DNA of 64,000 nt, taken from Alphaproteobacteria bacterium. Lineage in GTDB: Bacteria; Pseudomonadota; Alphaproteobacteria; UBA828. Both the position numbers and the translations under genes were made by a program. This document shows positions 9,020-20,520 of the stretch, one piece after another; the first letter of the stretch is position 1, and every line of letters starts with the position of its first letter. The stretch covers positions 768,001 through 832,000 of the forward strand of contig CBDCRW010000007.1 of assembly GCA_965221125.1 (NCBI GenBank). Reading direction: 5' to 3'. Below the pieces are notes generated by a model. The model worked only from the letters and a program-made list of their open reading frames with translations, searched no databases and was not told the DNA's origin.

Positions 9020-9865
9020 TCAGTCGGCCAGCGGTGCCAGGAGGTCGTTGCGGCCGCCGAGGAAGTTGACCACCACCCGCATGTTCTCTTCGGTGTTGTC
9101 GAAGAGCGTCGAGTGGTTCGAGCCCCGGATCACGTGCTTGATGGCGTTCGGGATGTTCTCGGCGAGCCACGTCTGGCCTGCGCCGGTCTCGCCCACCTCC
9201 CACGGCGTCATGATGTCCTCGTCGCCGCCGATAACGAGCGTCGGCGCCTTGATCTGGGCGGCGTAGGGCCTGAGGTCCATCTCCATCATCGCGCGGCATG
9301 CCCGCTGATAGACCTCCCTGCGGTTCGAGCGCTCCAGGATGTCCTGAATCATGTCGACAGCGCCGGGGCCGTTCGGCCCGTCGAGGAATTTCCGCGATAG
9401 CGCCTGGACCGCGATCAGCTCGGCAAGGGTGCGGCTGCCGCAGCCATATGCTTCCGAGATGTCGATCCAGTTCTGGAAGGTGAGGCGGCCGGCCAGGTCG
9501 AGCTTCGCGGCCGAGCAATTGATGATGAGCCGGTCGGTTCGGTCGGCATATTTCGCTCCGAAAACCTGGGCGATCATCCCGCCCATGGATGTGCCGTGGA
9601 TGTGGGCGCGCTCGATCTTCAGCGCGTCCATGAGGCCGGCGACATCGTCGGCCCACACCTCCATGTCGTAGGGCTGGATGGGTTTGTCCGACTGCCCGTA
9701 GCCCCGCATGTCGAAGTCGACGCAGCGGAAGTATTTGGACGCGATCGGCGTCGCGGTGGCGAAGTTGAAGTGGCCGAAGCCTGCGCCGTGGATGTGAACC
9801 ACGGGCGCGCCGTCCCCCGTCGTCTCGTACCAGAGCCTTACGCCGTTGACCTCCGCGAACGCCAT
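9020..9865 (-). CDS. Alpha/beta fold hydrolase
   Basis: MAFAEVNGVRLWYE start with GGAGG RBS; DMRGYGQS, GTSMGG nucleophile elbow. Only the last ~281 aa of track ORF 9020-11716 are real. Confidence 0.92.
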   Translation of the reverse strand: MAFAEVNGVRLWYETTGDGAPVVHIHGAGFGHFNFATATPIASKYFRCVDFDMRGYGQSDKPIQPYDMEVWADDVAGLMDALKIERAHIHGTSMGGMIAQVFGAKYADRTDRLIINCSAAKLDLAGRLTFQNWIDISEAYGCGSRTLAELIAVQALSRKFLDGPNGPGAVDMIQDILERSNRREVYQRACRAMMEMDLRPYAAQIKAPTLVIGGDEDIMTPWEVGETGAGQTWLAENIPNAIKHVIRGSNHSTLFDNTEENMRVVVNFLGGRNDLLAPLAD

Positions 9866-10024
9866 GACCGCCTCCCTCGCCAGCTTGGCCCGCCGTGGGC
9901 GGCCGATCTTACACCGACCCGCGCCGGAATGATGCAGGCCGGCGCCCGATTCTGTTTGCCATCGGGCAACGTTGCGCCCAAAGTCCGGCCGGCGTCGCGC
10001 AGCGAAGACGGGGAGGGGCACGAC

Positions 10025-12334
10025 ATGGCGGAGGACCTGCGCCAAGCGGCGCTCGACTATCACCGCAAGCCCAAGCCGGGCAAGCTCGGCATCCACGCGA
10101 CCAAGCGCATGAACACGCAGCGCGACCTGGCGCTTGCCTACAGCCCGGGAGTGGCTGCCGCGTGCGAGGAGATCGCGAAGGAGCCGGCGCGGGTCTGGGA
10201 CTACACCGCGCGGGCCAACCTGGTCGCGGTGATCAGCAACGGGAGCGCGGTGCTGGGCCTGGGCTCCATCGGCGCACTCGCCTCCAAGCCCGTGATGGAA
10301 GGCAAGGCAGTCCTCTTCAAGAAGTTCGCCAACATCGACGTCTTCGACATCGAGGTCGACGAGGGCGACGTCGACGCGCTGGTGGAGACCGTCGCCCGGC
10401 TGGAGCCGACATTCGGTGCGATCAACCTGGAGGATATCAAGGCGCCCGAGTGCTTCGAGATCGAACGCCGCCTCAAGGAACGACTCAACATCCCGGTGTT
10501 CCACGACGATCAGCACGGCACTGCCATCTGCGTCGCCGCCGCCGCGCTGAACGCGCTCCGGATCGTCGGCAAGGCGCCGGATGCGGCGCGGGTGGTGTGC
10601 TCCGGCGCAGGTGCCGCGGCCATCGCCTGCCTCGACCTGCTGCAAGAGCTTGGTGTGGCTCACGGCAACATCGCGGTGTGCGACAGCAAGGGCGTTGTCC
10701 ATGCGGGCCGGACTGACCTGAACGAGCAGAAGGCGCGCTACGCGATCGCCACCGATGCGCGCACGCTCGACGACGCCATCGCGGGCGCCGATATCTTCCT
10801 CGGCCTGTCCGGCCCCGGCACCATGACCCAGGGGATGGTGCGGAGCATGGGCGAGAGGCCCATCATCCTCGCGCTTGCGAACCCGACGCCCGAAATCATG
10901 CCGGAGGACGTGCTTGCCGCGCGGCCCGACGCGATCATCGCGACTGGGCGCTCGGATTATCCCAACCAGGTCAACAACGTCCTCTGCTTCCCGTTCATCT
11001 TCCGGGGCGCGCTCGATTGCGGCGCGACCGAGATCAACACGGCCATGAAGCTCGCCTGCGTGCGCGCGATCGCCGACCTGGCGACCGCGGAGTCCTCCGA
11101 TGTGGTGGCGGCGGCCTACGGCGACCAGTCGCAGAAATTCGGTCCCGACTACATCATCCCCAAGCCCTTCGATCCGCGCCTGATCGAGACCGTGCCGGTC
11201 GCCGTGGCCGAGGCGGCGATGGAGAGCGGAGTCGCGGCCCGGCCGATCGCGGACCTCGACGCCTACCGGGCCGAGCTCGCGGGCCTCGTGTTCCGCACCG
11301 GCTATCTGATGAAGGTGGTGCTGGACCAGGCCAAGAAAGCGCCGCAGCGCGTGGCCTACGCCGCCGGCGAGGACGAGCGCGTGCTGCGCGCCGCCCAGCA
11401 GGCGGTCGACGAGGGCATTGCGCGCCCGGTCCTGATCGGCCGGCCATCCCGCATCGAGGAGCGCATTGACCGGCTCTCGCTCCGCATACGGCCGGGGAGC
11501 GATGTGGAGGTCGTCGACCCGCAGCGCTACGAGAGATACGAGGACTACTGTCGGCTCTACCACGAGCTGATGGGGCGCCGCGGCGTCGCGCCTGCGGCGG
11601 CCCGCACGACACTGCGCAATCAACCCACGGCGATCGCCTCGATGATGGTGCGGACGGGCGACGCCGAGGCAGTTCTGGCCGGGCCGGCCCCGCGCTTCCG
11701 GCCTGAACTCAAGCACGTGCTCGACGTCATCGGGCTCCGTTCAGGCGCCGACTCGGCGGCGGCGCTGCAGGTGCTGATCCTGAGCAAGGGGGTGTTCTTT
11801 ATCGCGGACACCGATATCACCGAGGACCCAAGCCCGTCGCAGCTCTGCCAGTCGGCGGTGCTGGCGGCGGAGCAGGTCCGCCGCTTCGGCATGACGCCGA
11901 AGATCGCGTTGTTGTCGGCGTCCAATTTCGGCAGCAACGACCTGGCAGCCTCGGTGAAGATGCGTGAAGCGCTGCGTCTTCTGCACGAGCGCGCGCCCGG
12001 CGTGGAGGCGGAGGGAGAAATGAACGCCGACGCTGCGCTCGACGAGGCGGTTCGTGCGGAGATGTTTCCCAATGCGCGGCTCAAGGGCCAGGCCAACACG
12101 CTGATTCTGCCCGACCTGACTTCAGCCAACATCGCCTACGGCATGCTCAAGGTGCTGGCCAATGGCATCTCGGTGGGCCCGATTCTGCTCGGGCTCGCAG
12201 CGCCGGCTTATGTACTGCATGGGTCCGCCACCACGCGGGGCGTGCTGAACATGACCGCGGTTGCCGCCGTCGAGGCTCAAAGCCGCGCGGGGGAGAGCGG
12301 CATCGCTCGCGCCGCCGCCGACGCGGTTGGCTGA
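10025..12334 (+). CDS. maeB: NADP-dependent malic enzyme with phosphotransacetylase-like C-terminal domain
   Basis: [37 protein letters not shown]-terminal PTA-like domain ([10 protein letters not shown]). Confidence 0.96.
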   Translation: MAEDLRQAALDYHRKPKPGKLGIHATKRMNTQRDLALAYSPGVAAACEEIAKEPARVWDYTARANLVAVISNGSAVLGLGSIGALASKPVMEGKAVLFKKFANIDVFDIEVDEGDVDALVETVARLEPTFGAINLEDIKAPECFEIERRLKERLNIPVFHDDQHGTAICVAAAALNALRIVGKAPDAARVVCSGAGAAAIACLDLLQELGVAHGNIAVCDSKGVVHAGRTDLNEQKARYAIATDARTLDDAIAGADIFLGLSGPGTMTQGMVRSMGERPIILALANPTPEIMPEDVLAARPDAIIATGRSDYPNQVNNVLCFPFIFRGALDCGATEINTAMKLACVRAIADLATAESSDVVAAAYGDQSQKFGPDYIIPKPFDPRLIETVPVAVAEAAMESGVAARPIADLDAYRAELAGLVFRTGYLMKVVLDQAKKAPQRVAYAAGEDERVLRAAQQAVDEGIARPVLIGRPSRIEERIDRLSLRIRPGSDVEVVDPQRYERYEDYCRLYHELMGRRGVAPAAARTTLRNQPTAIASMMVRTGDAEAVLAGPAPRFRPELKHVLDVIGLRSGADSAAALQVLILSKGVFFIADTDITEDPSPSQLCQSAVLAAEQVRRFGMTPKIALLSASNFGSNDLAASVKMREALRLLHERAPGVEAEGEMNADAALDEAVRAEMFPNARLKGQANTLILPDLTSANIAYGMLKVLANGISVGPILLGLAAPAYVLHGSATTRGVLNMTAVAAVEAQSRAGESGIARAAADAVG

Positions 12335-12345
12335 GTGGGGGCTCC

Positions 12346-13752
12346 GTGGTGCGGCCCGACCAGCCGCCGGAGATCGGCCCCCGGACTGGGCCGGGCGGAC
12401 CCGAGGGCCTCTATGGCCTGACGCCCGAACTTGTCGGTGCCGTGCGGGCAGCGCTGGCGGGTTCGGATGGCGACCGGGTCCGCGCCCTGGTCGCTCCGCT
12501 CCACGAGGCCGACGTTGCCGATCTGATCGAGCGGCTCCGCGCAGGCGAGCGTCGCCGCCTCGTCGCCATTGCCCACGACGTGCTGAGCGGCGACGTGCTC
12601 CCCCATGTCGAGGACGAGATCCGCGAGGAGCTGATCGCGGAGATCGGCGCGGAGCGGGCTGCCGAGGCCATCGCCGATATGGAGAGCGACGACGCCGTCG
12701 CCGTCCTCGAGGACCTCGACGATCCGCAGCGCAAGGAGATTCTGGACGCGATCTCGAGTGAGGAGCGGGCCGGCGTCGCGGAGAGCCTGACCTACCCGGA
12801 GGACAGCGCCGGCCGCCTCATGCAGCGCGAACTGGTGTCGCTGCCGGCTTTCTGGACCGTTGGCCAGACCATCGACCACATGCGCGAGACCGGCGGCGAC
12901 ATGCCGGACGACTTCTACGAGATCTACGTCATCGACCCACACCACCGGCCCATCGGGCGCATTCCCCTGCACCGGCTGCTTCGCACCCGCCGCCCCGTGC
13001 GGCTCCGCGACATCATGGCGACGGACCTGAAGGCGATCCCGGCCGAGACCGATCAGGAGGAGGTGGGCCACGTCTTCGACCAGTACGACCTGGTATCAGC
13101 GCCGGTGATCGGCGAGAGCGGGCGGCTGATCGGCGTCATCACCGTGGACGACGTGGTCGACGTGATCCAGGAGGAGGCGGAGGAGGACATTCTGCGCCTC
13201 AGCGGCGTGAAGGAGCCGGACATCTACCGCGCCGCGCTGCGCACCGCCACCGGCCGCTTCACCTGGCTGCTGGTCAATCTCGGCACCGCGATACTCGCCT
13301 CCCTGGTGATCTACCAGTTCGATGGCACCATCGATCAGATGGTGGCGCTCGCGGTGCTCATGCCGATCGTCGCCTCCATGGGCGGCAACGCAGGCACCCA
13401 GACCATGACCGTGGCGGTGCGCGCCATCGCCACCAAGGACTTGACGACCTCCAACGTGCTCCGAGTGCTGTGGAAAGAGGTGCTGGTCGGCGGCATCAAC
13501 GGCATCGTCTTCGCCATCCTCATCGGTGTGGCCGCCGCAGCTTGGTACGACAACATCGCGCTCGGCATCGTCATCGGTGCGGCGATGATCATCAACATGC
13601 TGGTGGCCGGCTTCTTCGGCCTGGTAATCCCGGCGGCGCTCTGGCGGTTGAAGATCGACCCGGCGACGGCGGCCGGCGTGTTGCTCACCACGGTGACCGA
13701 TGTGGTGGGCTTTCTCGCCTTCCTCGGTCTCGCGGGGATGCTTCTGGTTTGA
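12346..13752 (+). CDS. mgtE: Magnesium transporter MgtE
   Basis: YPEDSAGRLM, CBS pair, MGGNAGTQ, DPA, TTVTDVVG. Confidence 0.95.
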   Translation: MVRPDQPPEIGPRTGPGGPEGLYGLTPELVGAVRAALAGSDGDRVRALVAPLHEADVADLIERLRAGERRRLVAIAHDVLSGDVLPHVEDEIREELIAEIGAERAAEAIADMESDDAVAVLEDLDDPQRKEILDAISSEERAGVAESLTYPEDSAGRLMQRELVSLPAFWTVGQTIDHMRETGGDMPDDFYEIYVIDPHHRPIGRIPLHRLLRTRRPVRLRDIMATDLKAIPAETDQEEVGHVFDQYDLVSAPVIGESGRLIGVITVDDVVDVIQEEAEEDILRLSGVKEPDIYRAALRTATGRFTWLLVNLGTAILASLVIYQFDGTIDQMVALAVLMPIVASMGGNAGTQTMTVAVRAIATKDLTTSNVLRVLWKEVLVGGINGIVFAILIGVAAAAWYDNIALGIVIGAAMIINMLVAGFFGLVIPAALWRLKIDPATAAGVLLTTVTDVVGFLAFLGLAGMLLV

Positions 13753-13871
13753 GGCGTCGTTGGCGCCGCCGCTGGCGGAGCCGCAGGGGCGCTGATAAAT
13801 TTCAGGCGCGTTCTTCGCACTCTACGATCCCGCGTGACAGGGAACCGGGATCCACGAAGAGGTGTCGAATC

Positions 13872-14876
13872 ATGTTACATGCCGTGAAACGCGCAGGGGT
13901 CCGCGTCGCCTCTGCGGCGCTGTTCTCGCTCTGCCTGATCGCCCCGGCCGCCGCCGAGACCGAGTGGGACCTGCCCCTCGCCTGGACCGACGGCAACTTC
14001 CACGTGGAAAACGCCAGGACCTTCGCCAAGGTGGTGGGGCAGGTGACCGGAGGCGAGGTCACCATCAACATCCATCCCGGCGGGTCCCTCGGCTTCAAAG
14101 GACCTGAGATGCTGAACGCGGTCGGCGACGGCCTCGTGCCCATCGGCGAGATGCTGCTCAACCAGCAGGTGGGGGAGCGGAAGATTCTCGGGCTGGAGAC
14201 GCAGCCCTATATCATCGAGGACCTCGACCAGCTTGCCATCTTCCACAGGCATTTCCGCCCGGCCATCGAGAGAGTCGCGGCGGAGTACAACCAGAAGGTC
14301 CTCTACGTCGTGCCGTGGCCGCGCCAGTACGTCTACACCAAGGTGGAGGCGAAGGGGGTGACGGACCTCGCCGGCATCAAGATCCGCACCTACAACGACA
14401 CGACGACGGAGATGTTCAACCGCATCGGCATGACCTCGGTACAGCTCCCCTGGGGCGAGGTGGTGCCGTCGCTCGCGGCCGGAACCATCGACGCGGTCAC
14501 GACCTCGGCCAGCTCCGGCGTGGACGGGAAGTTCTGGGAGTTCCTCACGCACATGTACCCGACGAATCATGTCTGGTCGTCGAACATGGTCTCCGTCAAC
14601 CTCGATGCTTGGAACGACCTGGACGACGGACAGCGCCGCGCCATCGAGGCAGCCGCCCGGATGCTCGAGCCTGTGTTCTGGCAGGTCAGCAAGGCGGAGG
14701 ACGCGGCGAAGTCACGGATTCTGAACGAGCGGGGCGTAACGATGGGCCACGTGCCGGCGGCGATGCTGGCCGACATGCAGGCCGCGACCAAGCCGATGCT
14801 GGCCGAGGCGCTGGCGGAACTCGGCGAGGAGGGGCAGGCCATCGTCGACGGCTTCTTCGCCGACATCGGGCGTTAG
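13872..14876 (+). CDS. dctP: TRAP transporter substrate-binding protein
   Basis: Signal peptide; HPGGSLG, DLAGIKIR, LPWGEV motifs. Confidence 0.92.
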   Translation: MLHAVKRAGVRVASAALFSLCLIAPAAAETEWDLPLAWTDGNFHVENARTFAKVVGQVTGGEVTINIHPGGSLGFKGPEMLNAVGDGLVPIGEMLLNQQVGERKILGLETQPYIIEDLDQLAIFHRHFRPAIERVAAEYNQKVLYVVPWPRQYVYTKVEAKGVTDLAGIKIRTYNDTTTEMFNRIGMTSVQLPWGEVVPSLAAGTIDAVTTSASSGVDGKFWEFLTHMYPTNHVWSSNMVSVNLDAWNDLDDGQRRAIEAAARMLEPVFWQVSKAEDAAKSRILNERGVTMGHVPAAMLADMQAATKPMLAEALAELGEEGQAIVDGFFADIGR

Positions 14877-14891
14877 CGGAGTACGGCTCCG

Positions 14892-15497
14892 GTGCCCGGC
14901 GGGCCGTCGTCAGCGCCGGGTTCCGATCGGGATAGCCCGGAGCGGGTAGGGAAGGCCGGCGTCCCGTCCGCCCTCGCGCGGGCTCTCGCCGGCATCGACG
15001 CACTGTCGCGCGCCTGCGGCTACCTCGCGGCGGTGCTGGTGCTGGGAATCGCGGGGCTGATCCTCGCGGAAATCTTCTGCCGCACCGCGCTCAACGTCAG
15101 CCTCTCCTTCGCATGGGAGTACGCGGCGTACTTCTTCGCCGTCTCGATCTTCCTCGCCGCGGCGTTCGCGTTGCGGACGGGCGGCTACGTCAGGGTGATG
15201 CTGCTCTCGCAGAGTATTCCTCCTCGCCTGGCGTACTGGCTCGACGTCGCCGCCACGCTGGCCGGAACCATGATCGCCGGCGTCCTGACCTGGGCGCTCA
15301 CCGCCTTCGCCGCGAGGTCATGGGTGAGCGGCAGCACGTCCGCCACCATCGACGAGACGCCGCTGGTCTATCCGCAGGCGGCGATGGCCTTTGGCGCTGC
15401 GCTGCTCTCGCTTCAGCTCTTGGCCCGGCTCGTCCGGCTCTTCATCGGCGAGCCACCTGAGGACGAGGAAGCGAAGCAGGACTTCGGCACGGGATGA
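14892..15497 (+). CDS. dctQ: TRAP transporter small permease
   Basis: 4 hydrophobic helices between dctP and dctM; start uncertain. Confidence 0.88.
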   Translation: MPGGPSSAPGSDRDSPERVGKAGVPSALARALAGIDALSRACGYLAAVLVLGIAGLILAEIFCRTALNVSLSFAWEYAAYFFAVSIFLAAAFALRTGGYVRVMLLSQSIPPRLAYWLDVAATLAGTMIAGVLTWALTAFAARSWVSGSTSATIDETPLVYPQAAMAFGAALLSLQLLARLVRLFIGEPPEDEEAKQDFGTG

Positions 15498-15501
15498 GGC
15501 C

Positions 15502-16806
15502 ATGACCGTCGCTGCCGCCGGCGCCGTTCTCGGCGTGCTCGCCCTGGTTCTCGGTGCGGGCGTGTGGGTCGGGCTCGCGCTCTACGCCCCCGGTCTGGCG
15601 GGCCTCGCCATCTTCCGCGACTTGCCCGTCGAGAAGCTGCTCGCGCAACTCACCTGGAACGCGACGACCACGCCGGAACTGATCGCGCTTCCGCTCTTCA
15701 TCCTGATGGCGGAAATCCTGTTTCACTCGCGCCTCTCGGCCTCGCTCTTCACCGGATTGGCACCATGGACGACGCGCCTGCCTGGCCGGCTGCTCCACGT
15801 GAACGTGCTCGGCTGCACGATGTTCGCGGCGATCTCGGGCTCTTCGGCCGCGACCACGGCGACGGTCGGCCGCATCACGCTGACGGAACTCCTGCACCGC
15901 GGCTACGACCGCGACCTCGCGATGGGCTCGCTCGCGGGCGCGGGCACGCTGGGTTTTCTCATTCCGCCGAGCATCATCCTCATCATTTACGGCGTGCTGG
16001 CCGAAGCTTCGATCCTCAAGCTCTTCCTCGCCGGCATCGTTCCGGGGCTCATGCTCGCGCTCCTCTACATGACGTGGCTTGGTATCCGCGCGTCGTGGAA
16101 ATCGACGCTCGCGCCGGACGAAAGGGAACGCATGAGCCTCGCCGACAAGCTTCTCGGCCTGCGGCACCTCGGCCCAGTCGTGTTCCTGATTCTCGCGGTG
16201 CTGGGCTCGATGTACGGCGGCATCGCGAGCCCGTCCGAGGCGGCGGCGGTCGGCGTCCTCGGCGCGCTGATCGTGAGCGCCGTACAGGGGACGCTGACCT
16301 GGGAGACGATGCGCAAGGCGAGCCTAGGCGCGGTCCGGACGATCAGCATGATCGGCCTGATCATCGCGGGCGCGTACTTTCTCTCCATCGCCATGGGTTT
16401 TTTGGGCGTGCCCCGCCTGATCGCGGGCGAGATCGCGGCCCTCGATCTCTCGCCCATCGCGCTCATCGTGCTGCTGCTCGTCTTCTACGCGATCCTCGGC
16501 TGCGTGCTCGAGGGCTTATCGAGCATCGTCATGACGCTCCCCATCACGCTGCCCCTCGTGCTCGCGGCAGGGTTCGACAAGATCTGGTTCGGCGTGTTCC
16601 TGGTGATCGTGGTGGAGATGGCGCAGATCACGCCGCCCGTCGGCTTCAATCTGTTCGTAATTCAGGGGATGACGGGCGAGCGGATCGGCCGCATCGCCCG
16701 CGCGACCTTCCCCTTCTTCCTGATCATGGCGGGGCTTGCGCTACTCATCACCTTCGTGCCCGAGGTCGTGACCTTCCTGCCGAACGCCATCCAACTCGGC
16801 AGCTGA
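15502..16806 (+). CDS. dctM: TRAP transporter large permease
   Basis: ALPLFILMA, SGSSAAT, GTLGFLIPPS, ITPPVGFNLF. Confidence 0.94.
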   Translation: MTVAAAGAVLGVLALVLGAGVWVGLALYAPGLAGLAIFRDLPVEKLLAQLTWNATTTPELIALPLFILMAEILFHSRLSASLFTGLAPWTTRLPGRLLHVNVLGCTMFAAISGSSAATTATVGRITLTELLHRGYDRDLAMGSLAGAGTLGFLIPPSIILIIYGVLAEASILKLFLAGIVPGLMLALLYMTWLGIRASWKSTLAPDERERMSLADKLLGLRHLGPVVFLILAVLGSMYGGIASPSEAAAVGVLGALIVSAVQGTLTWETMRKASLGAVRTISMIGLIIAGAYFLSIAMGFLGVPRLIAGEIAALDLSPIALIVLLLVFYAILGCVLEGLSSIVMTLPITLPLVLAAGFDKIWFGVFLVIVVEMAQITPPVGFNLFVIQGMTGERIGRIARATFPFFLIMAGLALLITFVPEVVTFLPNAIQLGS

Positions 16807-16812
16807 AGGGCG

Positions 16813-17217
16813 CTACTCACCCCGCAGCCAGCGGGTCGCTTCCGCAGGCTCGTGGCCGGGGTCGAACTCGAAAAGCTCCAGCAGCACGTCGTCGGGTGCG
16901 GCGCACATGATGTAGCGCCAGGTGCCGAACTCGCGGATCTCGCTGCGAAAGGGCACGCCCGCCGCCTTCAGGCGGGCGACGAGGGCACGCAGGTCGTCGC
17001 TGCGGATGCCGATGTGGTGGACCGCGCCGCGGCCTTCGTCGCGCGGCGGCTGGTCATAGAGGTGAAGCCCGCCGCTGCCGATCCGCATGAAGACGTTGCG
17101 GGAGCCGGCCAGCACCCCGTCGTAGATCAGCTCGCCGCCCAGCATGTCGCGCCACCAGGCGATGGTGGCGTCGATGTCGCGGGCGAAGATATGGACGTGG
17201 TGGAGGTTCTCCGCCAT
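16813..17217 (-). CDS. VOC/glyoxalase family protein
   Basis: MAENLHHVHIF...VHHIGI...APDDVLLELFE. Confidence 0.87.
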   Translation of the reverse strand: MAENLHHVHIFARDIDATIAWWRDMLGGELIYDGVLAGSRNVFMRIGSGGLHLYDQPPRDEGRGAVHHIGIRSDDLRALVARLKAAGVPFRSEIREFGTWRYIMCAAPDDVLLELFEFDPGHEPAEATRWLRGE

Positions 17218-17225
17218 GGCGCGAG

Positions 17226-18242
17226 CTAGGCGCCGCCTTCGACCTGCGGCACCACCTCCTCGGCGAAGAGCCGCATGCTGTCGGTCACCTGCGCGTGGGG
17301 CATGCCGAGCCAGTCCATGCCGAGGATGAAGGTAGTGATGCCGAGGCGGCGGTCGTAGCCGGCGATCTGCTCCGCCACCTCTTGCGGAGAGCCGAAGAGG
17401 AAGCGGTCGCGCATCAGCTCCTCGAAGTCGAGGGAAAGGTCGTCGTCGCCCTTCGGCATGGCCTTGTCCTGGCCCCATTGATGATAGGTCTTGTACTTCT
17501 CCTCCAGGTAGGGGCGGGCCAGCCGCTCCGCCTCCGCCCTGGTGCGGGCCACGAAGATCTCGCGCATGAGCGGAAGCTCGTCGGGGAAGGGTTTTTGGGC
17601 CTCATCGAGCGCGCGCCGGTAGATCGAAAGCTGGCGCTCCGTCGTCTCCATGCGCTGGTGCGGGTTGATGAACCAGGTGTCGCCGAGCCGGGCCGCGCGT
17701 TCGACCGCGGCGTCCGCGTTGGCGCCGAGCCAGATCGGCGGGTGCGGCTTCTGCATCGGCTTAAGCGAGACGGTGGCGTCGTCGAGCGTGAAATGCGAGC
17801 CCGCCATGCTCACGCCGTCCTCGGTCCAGAGGCGGACGATAGCCTCCAGGTTCTCCTCGAGACGCACCACCCGCTCGGCCTGGGTGGTCCCGAAGCCCTT
17901 GAACTCCACCTCGCGGTAGCCGAGGCCGGCGCCGAAGATCATGCGCCCGCCGGACATCACGTCGAGCGTGGACACCTGCTCGGCAATATCCAAGGGCTTG
18001 TGGAGCGAGAGCAGGATGATCCCGGGCAGCAGGCGGCAGCGCGGCGCCTCGGCCATGAGCCGCGCCAGCAGCGGAAGCTGCTGATACTGCTGCAGCGGGT
18101 AGGCGGCGTAGTGCATGCCCGTCGCCAGTATGTCGAACCCCAACTCGTCCGCGAGCCGTGCCTGAGCGCAGAGGTCCGCGAACCGCGCGTTCATGTCCTC
18201 GCCGCGGCGGAACTGGCCGCGGATGAAGAAGCCGTACTTCAT
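17226..18242 (-). CDS. LLM class flavin-dependent oxidoreductase
   Basis: ADELGF, TLDVMSGGR, GLGYR, PPIWLG, RAARLGD motifs. Confidence 0.92.
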   Translation of the reverse strand: MKYGFFIRGQFRRGEDMNARFADLCAQARLADELGFDILATGMHYAAYPLQQYQQLPLLARLMAEAPRCRLLPGIILLSLHKPLDIAEQVSTLDVMSGGRMIFGAGLGYREVEFKGFGTTQAERVVRLEENLEAIVRLWTEDGVSMAGSHFTLDDATVSLKPMQKPHPPIWLGANADAAVERAARLGDTWFINPHQRMETTERQLSIYRRALDEAQKPFPDELPLMREIFVARTRAEAERLARPYLEEKYKTYHQWGQDKAMPKGDDDLSLDFEELMRDRFLFGSPQEVAEQIAGYDRRLGITTFILGMDWLGMPHAQVTDSMRLFAEEVVPQVEGGA

Positions 18243-18250
18243 GGGAGTCC

Positions 18251-19054
18251 TCAGTCGGTTGTCGGCCCCGACGCCAAGTCGAGGAGGCAATCGTCGCCCA
18301 AGGGCTCGATCGCCGACCAGTCGCGGGTGCAGTGGTGCTCGGCGCGCTCGAACCTGGTGGGCGGGTTATCGGTGGCGGCGACGTTGAGATAGAAGATGCG
18401 CCGCGGCCAGGGCGTGATGTTGCCGGCTGAGCCGTGGACCATGTTGGCGTGGCTGATGAGCACCGAGCCGGCGGGGCCGACGACGGGCTCGATGCCGCCC
18501 GCGTCCACGATGTGGGTGAGGTGCTCGTCCGAGATCACGAAGAGCGTGTAGCCGGGCGATTCGCGGTTGTCCGCGGCCTCGGCGATCAGCCCGTAGTGGT
18601 GCGAGCCCGGCACGAGCATGAGCGGGCCGTTGGCAGCGTTGGCCTCGTCCAGCAGGATCGCGACCATGAAGGCTCTGGGTTCCTTGAGCCCGTCGCGGTC
18701 GGACCAGGTCGCGTAGTCCTGGTGCCAGTCCCATGGGCCGCCGCGGAAGGCGGCCTTGGGGTTGAGGCGCGACTGGTGGATGTAGACCGGCCCGCCCATC
18801 AGCTCCTGCACGGGCTCCAGCCAGCGCGGATGACGCGAGAGCCGCCCGAACGCCTCGTTGAAGCGGTGGGCGCCGTAGACGAGTCGCACTTCGTCCGACT
18901 CCGCCTCGGCGACGACCTCGGGGCCTTCCCGCGCCGCCACGGTCTCGACCTCGGCCCGCACGGCGGCGATCTCGGCCTCCGAAAAGAGGGCAGGGAGCAG
19001 CAGGTACCCGTGGTCCTCGAACTCGCGCCGCTGGGCGTCGGTGAGCGCGGGCAT
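18251..19054 (-). CDS. Phytanoyl-CoA dioxygenase family Fe(II)/2OG dioxygenase (EctD/proline hydroxylase-related)
   Basis: WHQD (HxD), NGPLMLVPGSH, VHGSAGNITPWPR. Confidence 0.9.
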   Translation of the reverse strand: MPALTDAQRREFEDHGYLLLPALFSEAEIAAVRAEVETVAAREGPEVVAEAESDEVRLVYGAHRFNEAFGRLSRHPRWLEPVQELMGGPVYIHQSRLNPKAAFRGGPWDWHQDYATWSDRDGLKEPRAFMVAILLDEANAANGPLMLVPGSHHYGLIAEAADNRESPGYTLFVISDEHLTHIVDAGGIEPVVGPAGSVLISHANMVHGSAGNITPWPRRIFYLNVAATDNPPTRFERAEHHCTRDWSAIEPLGDDCLLDLASGPTTD

Positions 19055-19071
19055 GTTCCCGACCCCCGGCC

Positions 19072-19776
19072 TCAGCCGCCCATGCCGACGAACTCGGCGA
19101 CCAGATCGGGGTTGGAGAGCTGGTCCGGCGACACTTCGCTGGTGAACTGGCCGCGCTGGATAATCAACACGCGCTGGGACAGCTCGGCGATGAAGTCGAG
19201 GTTCTGCTCGACCAGGACGACCGTGAGCTTGCGCCGGGCCTGCAGGGTCTTGAGGATCTCCACGATCTCCTCGACGATCGAGGGCTGGATGCCTTCCGTC
19301 GGCTCGTCGAGGAGGATCAGGCGCGGGCGGCCGCAGAGGCAGCGCGCCAGCGCCAGGATCTGCTGCTCGCCGCCGGAGAGGACGCGGCCGGCCCGGTCGA
19401 GCAGGGGCTTCAGCCGGGGGAACTCCTCCAGCACCTCGTCGAGGACCACCTGCTCGTCCACCTTCTGCACCGCGAAGCCCAGCCTGAGATTGTCGCGCAC
19501 GCTCACATTGGGGAAGATCTCGCGCCCTTGCGGCACGTAGCCGATGCCGCGCCGATTGCGCTTGTGCGGCGGCTCCCGCGTGATCGTCTCGCCCTCGAAA
19601 GTAATCGTGCCGTCGGTGGTCTTGACCAGGCCGATCAGGGTCTTGAGCAGGGTGGTCTTGCCCATCCCGTTATGGCCCAGGATGCCGACGAACTCGCCCT
19701 CCGCCACCTCGAGGTCGATGCCGTGCAGGATCGGGATCCTGCCGTAGCTCGCGCGGATGCCTGCGGCGCTCAACAT
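19072..19776 (-). CDS. ABC transporter ATP-binding protein (UrtE/LivF type)
   Basis: GHNGMGKT, LSGGEQQ, LLDEPTEG. Confidence 0.93.
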   Translation of the reverse strand: MLSAAGIRASYGRIPILHGIDLEVAEGEFVGILGHNGMGKTTLLKTLIGLVKTTDGTITFEGETITREPPHKRNRRGIGYVPQGREIFPNVSVRDNLRLGFAVQKVDEQVVLDEVLEEFPRLKPLLDRAGRVLSGGEQQILALARCLCGRPRLILLDEPTEGIQPSIVEEIVEILKTLQARRKLTVVLVEQNLDFIAELSQRVLIIQRGQFTSEVSPDQLSNPDLVAEFVGMGG

Positions 19777-19779
19777 GGC

Positions 19780-20516
<737 letters not shown>

Positions 20517-20520
<4 letters not shown>

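Noticed and set aside
9866-11716. Apparent 898-aa protein (9020-11716)
   Set aside because: The upstream part is antisense to maeB; the real hydrolase starts at 9865 behind a GGAGG RBS
18251-19054. Ectoine hydroxylase EctD
   Set aside because: WDWHQDYATW differs from the EctD signature FxWHSDFETWH, and no ect genes are nearby
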